NCBI GenBank assembly: GCA_023213395.1
Contig: CM041465.1
Location: forward strand, 210,993,741 to 211,057,740
Reading direction: 5' to 3'
DNA length: 64,000 nt
Origin: Cycas panzhihuaensis
Taxonomy: Eukaryota; Plantae; Cycadophyta
A program made the translations under genes and the position numbers. Positions 54,022 through 64,000 of the stretch are shown piece by piece. The notes beneath the pieces are model-generated. The model saw nothing but the letters and a program-made list of their open reading frames with translations. It did no database searches and was not told the origin of the DNA. Every line of letters starts with the position of its first letter. Position 1 is the stretch's first letter.

Positions 54022-57000
54022 TGTAGAAAAATAAAATTAACAAAAAATAATAATGCACAAATAAAAAACATGAAGCACTAAGATCATAATGGTACCCTAA
54101 AGACACCTTAACTTGGATTAAGACCATAAGAACATTGTTATAATAATATATCAATATGATACATTGAGTGTGTATTTATAATACATAACTTGGTTATGTA
54201 TGAGACCTATCATAAAATACCAACATTATAATAAAATTAATTATACAAATATGCATTATAACTTTACCTCATAAAGTATGAACCAAGGTATTCTAACATT
54301 CCCCTATAATGTACATTTAAGAACATAAAAGTTACTTTACATTTGTAATGCTTGATCTTCATAAATGTCTTGAAAATGATATCTAGAACTCAGTCTTTAA
54401 TTTGATCTTCAACTTATCTTTGTAATAATGATACTTGATCTTGATATGCTTTATTCTTCTTTATAAAATCGAGTTCTTTATTATTTATATAGTATTTTAT
54501 TTATCATATTGAATCTCTATAAGTTTATTCTAATTTTGATGTAGATCTTGTAGTATCTGTCTTAAATTGATTATTTCATGAACTTTTATTTCAACTTCTT
54601 CATATCCTGCTTTAGGTTCATCATTATGAATCACTTGAGATCTTGTCATTCTCTTATCAAAATTCGGAATAAGAATATCTCTTAGATCAAGCTCAATCAC
54701 AATTTGTTTATCTGCATCAACTTGTAAATTTTTTTCATTATTTAAATAATCAAAATCATCTCTTAAAACTTGTATACTCATATTTGAATCAATATTTGAA
54801 ACAAGAACTTCAATTGAATTTGAATCATTAATAAAATCAACAAATATAAGTAAATTTAATTCATCTTGAATTTTAAATATAATATTCTTTTAAGTAATAG
54901 AAACATCTATAGAAAAGAGTAATGAAACTTTAACATCTTAAATTGTTTGATCATAATTATTAGTAGATTATTCAAATCAAATAACAACAAGTTTATCACA
55001 CTCAACCTACTTAATAATACTAGTCTTATCAATAGTTTTGATAGATTCAATAATACATTTAATAATAGTCTCTTTACATTTAATAGTAAATTTATCAATA
55101 ATATTTCCAACCACGTTCTCCTGATATACATTTTCATCATAAACAATTGTATTTTCTTGAGAATCTTAATCATATTGATTACCTATAGTTTTCTAAAAAA
55201 TTGCTTGAGAATCTTATGCTTGAAAATCTACTTGAACATTCTTGTAACATGCTTGAAAATATATTAATCTTTTGAAATTTCTAAAATATTCTTTAAAATA
55301 CCTATAACTCTTCCTCAAACTTGGATCAAATATAGATTTCAAAGTATCCTATGTTAGCTTAGCAATTTTAATATAATACACATAGGAGAATACATCTCCA
55401 TTCAAAGTATAAGAGATCTAAGGTAGTGCCTTATAATTTTTTATTCTAAGTTCCTCCTTTTCTTTTTATTGATCAAGTATTAACTAAGTAGCAGGATTAA
55501 TAGATACTAAAACTTTATATCCTTAAAATCAAGTCATTTAAAATTATTTGAAATCAAATAAGGTTTTATGCCTCTTAACTACTTTAAATAAATTCTCTCA
55601 TTAAATAACACCAAACTTATAAATTTTAAAGAAAATGACATCTTGTAAATGAAAATAAATCATAACAATTGAACAACAATCACATCGTACTTAAGATATC
55701 AACCTATTTCTCTTATCCCTCAAATGTATATAAGATGGACCACATAGTCAAATAGACCTATTCACAAGATAATAACCATGTCCTTGATTTTAGTACCTCA
55801 TTTTGCCTCCTAATCCTTTATAGGACTCAATATATAAATTACAATAAATTAATTTTTAAAAAAATCTTTATAATAGCCTTTTAGGGTTTAAGATTTAGTT
55901 TTCCTAGGTTCAAGAAAAAGGCAAAGAGATGATATAAAAAGTGCATAAGAAAATTTTGTCCAGTTACCATGTAAGGATCTAATATAAAGGCTTAAATTCA
56001 TACTAAAATTTCTCTATGAAAATAACATCAAAATATATCAATTCATATACCAAAATGGCCATATCTAAGTAATGGTTTAGATGATTCAAAAAATGGACTC
56101 TTGGAACTTAAAGGAAATGCAAAGATACCTTTTTGAAAAAAAATATAAAACTAAGTGATTTTGGGTTTAACACCCTTCACAGGTTGGTCACTAGTTACAT
56201 AAGGGTTATATACGACTTTCTATTGATAATGAAAAGGGCTAGTGACCAAGTTCTAAAATACATTCCAATAGAGCTAAATTTGATAAAAGTTTTAGGAAAA
56301 AAAATAATACCAAAGTTTAAAAAATTCTTCCTATACACAGTCAAATTTTATCAATAACTAATCTATGAACATGACCATGGTGGATGATGGCAGCATGAGT
56401 AAACTCTAAAAAATCATGTAGGAGCTTTTCCCTTAGATATCAAGTGTTAATGTAATAATGAAGGTAATAATGATCTCCACACTACTAAAAATAACCATAA
56501 GTAGACAAAAATAAATCTTCATAAAACTCTCCACAGAGGGGCACCAACATGCACAACATAAAGAAGGCAATGAGGTGCTAACATACTTCCATTGTACATG
56601 TAAAAATAAATAAATGGGTGGCAAATTACTTTCATAATAGGGTGATGAATAGAGTTACAAATCTCCTTAAAAACTTCATGTAAAAGGTGAAACTAGAGCA
56701 ATTTAATTTCAACAACTTTACATAAGGACAAAATATACATCTAGGAATGGTGGCATATATATAAGATAAAGATGTTGGTATATTTCCTTAGGAATGTAAG
56801 AGGTACATATGATAGGGTGGAAATAATACATAATAGTTTATAGATCACATGAATCATGACAATGACTTCAATGCAAATATCGATGACAAATGGTAACATA
56901 AATAATAGCAAATGATCAAATGAATTATGTAGGATTACAGGTAAAGGATAGAGACCATGACCAATTTTTTATGCTATAAAAATTTTGTGCATATATATAA

Positions 57001-57700
57001 TTTATATATAGTAACATAGATACATGAGGTATAAACTTCATAGATAGAGATGTAAATTTATAAATAAATAAATATAGTCTTCAATGATGATATTTCAACA
57101 ACAAACCGAAATGGATGAGGGCAAATGTAACTAGGTAGATACATACCATGTACAACTAACAATATAAGTGTAGGTACACAAAGAGTAGGCTAGGGTTTCC
57201 TCCATGACATGCACAAATTGATAATAGGATCAATGGAGCCACTTCCTCATATGTGAATAAAATCACCTCATACATTGGGCAATCACACATCATAACACAA
57301 TAAGCAAATTATAAGCCCTAACAATAATATTAGTAACTTTTGGTAAACACCTCAACGATAAAAAACCTATAATAGATTAAATCCTCCTAACCTTACTCTA
57401 AAATTAACCTTAGCTTTGATACCATATTGAAAAATAAAATCAACAAAAAATAATAATGCATAAATAAAAAATAATAAGTATCAGGATCATGATGGCACCC
57501 TAAAGATACCTTAACTTGGATTAAGACTATAAGAACATTGTTATAATAATATATTGATATGATACATTGAGTGTGTTATTTATAATACATAACTTGGCTA
57601 TGTGTGGGACCCACTACAAACACCAATATCATAATAAAATTAATTGCACAAATATGTATTATAACTTGCCTTTTGAAGCATGAACCAAGCTATTTTAATA
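54022..57700 (-). mobile_element. Second non-autonomous Copia-derived LTR element
   Basis: About 277-bp LTRs 54022-54298 and 57425-57700, Met PBS TGGTATCAAAGC (57413-57424), PPT TATAGGGGAA at 54299-54308; TSD not preserved (ATGCA/CTATA). Confidence 0.88.
54320..55500 (-). pseudogene. Decayed ORF: Copia gag (UBN2) start, acidic D/E/I/V-rich region, degenerate RNase H tail
   Basis: EKEELRIKNYKALP*ISYTLNGDVFSYV...AKLT*DTLKSIF at 55320-55465; the frame of ORF 54530-54781 extends upstream through isolated stops; KD*VLDIIFKTF near 54365-54400. Confidence 0.65.
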
Positions 57701-58560
57701 CTATATATGCAATAAAATGGCAAATCATAAGGCAACAATGACAACTTTAAACTCAACCAAGTTATTAATATCATGATCCAAATATCTTCTAGTGACTTTA
57801 AAAAGATCTCCATTGGAATCTCAGATAATCTAGGTACTCACATTTAGACTTGATTTTCCATAGGAAGTACTATCAACATGGATTGTCCAAGTCTGAATAA
57901 TAGACATGATAGTAACGAACTAATCTAATCAAAGTAGTAAAATAAAAGCATTAGGTATGTAAATATAGGCCAATATAAGAGAATTTATGTTAATCAAAAT
58001 AATATTTAGAAAACAAGGGTTAGACTCTTCTATAGTAAAAGAATGAATCACATTACAAGGTAAAGCATTAAGCACAAGGAATATGCCAAGCTTAAGAAGC
58101 AAAAGTAAGGGTCATAAATATCCTATCAAGTTATACCCTTAGAAAAATTAATTAAAATCCAACAACAACTATAAAAGTAGCATGTATGCCTTAACAAAAG
58201 GACTTAAATATTCATTTATAGCTAAAAAGCAAAGAGTAGGATTAATAATACTATGACAACATTAATTCTTTAGATAAAAATGGCAAAAGCCAAAAAAAGA
58301 GTATACTTTAGATGTATGAAAGCAAAAAAGAGTATGAAGAAGGGTTAAAGATAACAATTCAAGACCATGAAGTGAATAAAGTTGACTTTTTAAAAATTTT
58401 ACATTTTTTAAAGATTTTTAAATGATAATAAGGTAATATAGCTTTTAAAATGAAATCATTCACGTAGTCTTTGAAGTAAGGTGGCGATGATTGGTTTGAA
58501 AATCTAAATGCCATGCTAAAGCAATGCAATTATATAATATATACAACAAACCTTGAAGTA

Positions 58561-61500
58561 TCAATAATAAGATTTAAGATGAGAGGTGTTTATAAGGTTA
58601 ATTAGTTTATCACCTATTAATGTTAGCAAATGATAAGACCCATTTAGTAGAACATATGTAACTATAAATAAACCAACCTATATGGAGTTTAATTTACCCC
58701 TAGCTCAATCCATAGAGAAATCAAAACTTAGCACTTTTTCACCAATTTAAAATATTCTAGATTGAATTGACCTATCATAAAACACTTTTTCATATTTTCG
58801 TTTTACTACAACGTTTTAATGAGCTAACCACCTATGCTCATCTAACTACTCAAGATAAAATTGATGGGATTCTAAGATCTTAGAATTAGGCAAACTATTA
58901 TGCAAAGTAATGCATAATAAGGACATTTCAATTTCTATTGGAAAAATTATTTCAACTCCATACATTAGATTAAAAGGGGAACACCCTGTAGAAGTTTTGG
59001 TTATGGTACAATAAAGCCAAAGTGCATGATATGTTTGCAAATTCCAATCTTTTTTAAAAGTATTAACTACTTTCTAAAGGATTTTTACTAAGATTTTATT
59101 AAAAGCCTTAGTTTATCCATTGCTTTAGGATAATATGGGGATGGCTTAGAATGCTCAATGTCTAGTTTAATATATAGGTCCTAAATAACATCATTAATGA
59201 ATGTGTTCCTTGATTAGATACAAAAGTATCATGGACTCTAAATCTACAAAAGATTTGGTTAAAGAGGAATAAGGCAATGGTATACTTATCAACCTTAACA
59301 ATAGACATTACCTCTACCCACTTAATAAAATAGTAAAATAGTCAATAATTATGATAATAAATATATGTTCATTTGAAGATAAAGGATTAAATAGACCAAT
59401 AAAGTCTAAACCCTACTTGAAAAATGAATCAGAAGAGGTAACTCAATGTAATAGAGAGGGTCACTTTAAAATTTGATTATTAAATATTTAATAATTAAGG
59501 CAACAATGAATAAATAAATATACATTAAAAAATTATGCCAGCTAATAATAGCCAGCTCTCATAACATTTTTCATTGTAAAACGACATGAAAAATGACCAT
59601 CATAAACCCCTAAGTGACAATCATTCAAAATTCATTAAGACTTGACTTCAAAAATATGTCTTGCATTTGATAATACAATTCATCACCAAAAATAATATAA
59701 TGGGAAAAAAGTAGATGAATTCAGTGCTTTTCTTTTCAAGTTAAGTTTAGCTTATAAGTTTGTTTCTAAAAATACATAATTACATTGAAATACTTTGAAT
59801 TAGTATCTAAGAGTAAAATATACTCATCTAAGAAAGAGCCATCAAAAGTTTGAGCAACTTCTTTTTTAAGTATATGTATAACAATAATGAGTTCCACTAT
59901 TACCATTCCTTTCTTTGCATTGGTTAAGCAAATTTCAACAATTATTCATCCTCTAACATGACAAAAAGATAGGATTTGGTAAGTAAATACTTCAAGGGAT
60001 TAGTGTTTACTATTACCTTAGTGTGAACAAATAATAAATAATCTTATAACTTTTTAACAACATAAATAATAACAAGATATTGTCATTCGATCTTAGAATA
60101 GGCTAATTCTCAATCAGAAAGAAGTTTACTAATATAATAAATGGAACATTTTTTCCCCAAACTATCAAGTTAAATTAGTACAATATATACTAATAAATTT
60201 TAGGCAATATTATAAAGGATAAAATCCTTCAAAAAATCTAAAGGAGCTAATATAAGGTCTTGGATAAGAGTCTCTTTAAGAAGTTTAAAAACCTCCTTAC
60301 AAATTAAGCTCCAAATAAATAGAACATTTTTATAATAAAGTTAATTTAAAGGTTGATCCTTTGAAGCGAGATCAACTATGAAGCATCGCCAATAATTAAT
60401 TCTACCCAAAAAAGGATTTTATTTGGGTAACTATTATAACAAGGGGTATATCTTAAATAACCCTAACTTTATGAGGATTGGTGTTGATCCTGTGAACCCT
60501 AATAATAAAGCTAAGAAATTTTCTAATAATAACATCAAATACACATTTGGTAGGACTCAAATGAATTAGATATTTGATACATTTTTTAAAGATTGATCTT
60601 AAGTCATGTATATGGTTAAAACATTTATGTGATTAACTATTTAGAATATTAACATAAGAATTTACTAAATCATAAGAAATAGGATTGTGAAATATAATTG
60701 TCATTGCCTGTTGATATTTTGTGTCAACATTGATAAGCTCAAATGGCATCACACAATAAGAATAGGTACCACAAGGGGTAATAAATGATGTTTTTATCTA
60801 ATCTTTTTTAGTTAGACAAATTTGGTTACAACTAGAGAAACCATCCATAAAAAATATAACTTCAAAACTAGTGACAGAATCAATAATTTTATTAATAAAT
60901 GGTAAAGGATAATTGTCCTTAGGACATGCTTTGTTAAGTTGATGAAATTCAACATAAATTTGAATAGTTTCATTTATTTTTTATAACAGGAACAATATTC
61001 AAAACCCATTTAGGATAATAAATAGGGTAAATGAATTTTACTTTTAGAATCTTTTTAATATTATTTTTAATGAGTAAAGATAATTGATGCTTTATAGGTC
61101 TTTATTTTTATTTGATATGATGAGCATTAAGATGGGTGACAATGTTATGAACAACAATGCTTAAGTCCATGCTAGGGATCTCATCATAAGACCATACAAA
61201 GACTTTATAGAATTCTTAGAGAAGGTTTATATAAACTTGACATTGATTAAGGGTGCATTCAATGTGTAATTTAATAATTTAAGAGGTTACAGTTATGAAA
61301 ATGTTGATATCAATAATTTCATCAACAAACATTAGATTACCCTCTTCAAAGCGTTTAAGGGCAAGTGGAAAAACATTATTAAATATAAATTGTTGGAATA
61401 AAGGAGAAGAATAAGTAATTTAAAGAATTTCTTGAGCACTTAGAGCATCAAGTTCATAGGAAAAAGAACCAAATTTAATTGACTTAGATGTCGAGTAATA

Positions 61501-64000
61501 AGAATGTTAATTTTTACTATGAAAACCATCTTAAGTTTTATCACTAACAAATAAGAAATTCAAGATAACATCATCATCTTGAAATAGGTCCAATGAAGCA
61601 ATATAATTCGTCTCAATGAGAAAGATTCTTAGTTCAAAAGTAAATTTAGGATGAAACTCTCAAGGAGGGATAAATCCATAAATACCTAAACCCATATCCT
61701 TTATTTGTTATTCTTAATTAATGTCAAGGTATGGAATGCTCTAAAGATTAGGTATTTTTATGGATATTTCATAATGAAATTTAGATAACTTAATAATTTT
61801 TACATGGTTTCCATTAAAGAATTGAATTCCTCCAAGTAAAGATGATAGAATATCTTGCATTACTCGAATCCAAGGTTAGCCTAAAAGAATGTTATAATCT
61901 AAAGGCCATATCAACAACTTCAATATTGATTTTAATTATTTTACTTTCAAATATAATAGACAGGTTATAAATTTTCTCCATGGTTGAACACTTTATAGTG
62001 TGAAAACCTTTAATACAAGTAGGACTTTTATCCAATGTTTTGAGTTGCAAGGATCACATAAGTAAGATGGGGATAACATTAAAAGAACACCCATAATCAA
62101 CAATAGCATGATAGATGATTATGTCACAAATGATTACCTAAACCATAGATGGTCTAGGATTAGGCCAAGCTAAAATATAAATAGGAAGTAAATATAGGTC
62201 AAAGGATAAAACTTGAGAAGAGGTTTCAAAAGATTATATCCCTAAAGTATTAATGCAATTTTTCCTATGTAAAGGATAATGTTCCAAAACATCATACAAT
62301 AACATCCCTAATGAAATACTTTTAAAATTATTAACAAAGGAATATGAGGGAAAAACTTTATTCCCTATAATTAGAAGAAAAGGTTTAAAAAAACTTTGAT
62401 GTACAAGGAATATAAATTGTTGCAGGTGGTTTATATTCCTTTAACTATTGATCAAATTATATATCTTACTTTACAACTTTTAAATGGGTTTATACTGCAA
62501 AGACATGAGATAAATCAATGTCATTGGGCTCAATTAGATATATTTGTAAGATAAGTTTCTTTCCAATTACTTTACTAGACTCATATGGTTTAAAAATTTA
62601 AATTCTAGGAGAAGTTTGAGGGACAAAGTTAATATTTTATCCTAATGGGGTATAACTAGGGATAAAAGTAGGTTCAAAAGTATTTAATTTAGGAGTGGAG
62701 AATTAACAACCTATTATTTACAAAGGATTTGAAGTTAGGGGATGATGAACCTACAATGTATTGAGTTGGTTCTATAGACTCTAAAATTGAGCCATAAGTT
62801 GTTGCTAAGCATCAATAGGTGAAGCTTACATCATATGCATGGGACATTCATTGTTATTATTTAGAAATGGGTTTTTATACATTCCCATGTCTTAGTTGAG
62901 ATTCAATGGTTGTCCTTGATGTATTTGAGTTTAGTTGGGATAATTACGATTAGTACGAGTGGTAATTAAATAAATCATTCACAACAAACATTCTCTCAAT
63001 GGTTATTTTTACTATAATAATTATAGTAAAGAGGTTTTACTCAAGGCTATTACTACCTATTTATAAGAGTAGATGGAAGGTTATTTTGTAGACAAGGATA
63101 AGAATTACATTGCCCCCTTGGCTAATAAAAAGGAGGTCTATTTGGTTGTCATTGTATGTCTTAAACAAAAGAATTATAAGGATCGTTATATGTAACCAGG
63201 TTTTAAACTGATTGTATTAATTAGGTAATTAATATAACTAGGTCAAATAATGATGCTAGAGAAGAAGATTGAGTGAGTTGTTTGAATGACTTGTTGAGTA
63301 GGTTGATATGGAGGAGGTAAGGATGATCCTCCACCAACAACTCCATCACCATTAGGATCATTGGGTCGAATGATTTGTAAAGGGGTTAGGGTTTTAATAG
63401 TCATCAATCTTGACTGAATTAAAGCATTCTTGTATTAACAAGTAAGTTATTTAGCTTCATAATAAGATTTAGTATTTTTTTTTAGAAGTTCAAAATGAAT
63501 GACACTAGTTAGACTATTTAGGAAGGCCTATTTAATAGTGATGTCATCTAGAGGGATAGTATAACAAATAACCAAATTTTAGAAACCTTTTATATGCTGA
63601 CAAATATCTTAGTGGGGAGTTTGTTTATATGTTAGCAAAGTGCAAAGACCATCACCCTTGACTTTTAGTAAAGAAAAATGATTGAGAAAATTCTTAAGCA
63701 ATTCTCTGGTATTGTTAATTGAATTTGAATGGAGTTTTACAAACCAAAAGATACTAGCATCCCCTAAAACTATATGGGGGAAAAGCCTCATTTGAATAAT
63801 ATCATCACAAATTTGAGCAATATTATGGAAAGCACCAATATGCTTTTAGGATCCTCATTTGATTTCCTATAAAACTTAGGTAAACCAGGTGGAATAATGG
63901 GCATATCTAGAACCAATGCTAGTAGGCATCACAGCCATGATGGGACAAGACTTATATTGGTATATGAAGAGGAAGACTGACTCCCTTCTAGAATACTTAT
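58561..64000 (-). mobile_element. Third Tat/OTA-type Gypsy gag-pol relic (gag about 63400-63900, PR about 61850-62150, RT about 60400-61200, RH about 59900-60300, INT 58561-59650); runs off the right edge, 3' LTR not found
   Basis: RLFPHIVLGDASIFWF gag, YNILLG*PWI, CPKDNYPLP, FMDGFSSCNQI, GCSPFNLMYGVEIIFPIEIE, INTSHLKSYY*. Confidence 0.85.

Noticed and set aside
54907-55267. Leu- and Asn-rich ORFs 54907-55173 (-) and 54947-55267 (+)
   Set aside because: Alternative-frame and antisense shadows of the decayed acidic ORF.
54017-57705. TSD for the 54022-57700 element
   Set aside because: Flanks ATGCA and CTATA match at only 2 of 5 positions.
57701-58560. aRH or 3' LTR for the third Tat-like element
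   Set aside because: No RNase HI motifs, PPT or LTR recognisable; the element appears 3'-truncated.

Overview
Gene-free, AT-rich, strongly CpG/CHG-depleted plant nuclear DNA made almost entirely of decayed, nested retrotransposons. A large-genome gymnosperm-like host is plausible but is inference only. No intact host gene, RNA gene or CRISPR array is supported. 1-27.8 kb is a minus-strand complex of Ty3/gypsy Tat(OTA)-type elements. Its central LTR (2143-5123) is flanked by a PPT on one side and a PBS plus gag on the other, so two elements share it in tandem. The pol is chimeric, with RH-INT present twice. The 3' region carries an archaeal-type RNase H about 1 kb after integrase, an antisense plant-mobile-domain (PMD) gene and a 44-50 bp tandem array. 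A complete Copia (15976-21241, TSD TTAAC) and a solo LTR are nested in it. Downstream are L1 LINE relics, a full-length chromovirus (34229-40849), two unrelated non-autonomous Copia derivatives with the same gag-start plus RNaseH-tail architecture (45934-49919 and 54022-57700), and a third Tat-like gag-pol running off the right edge. All domain calls are manual motif recognition through stop codons; no database search was run.
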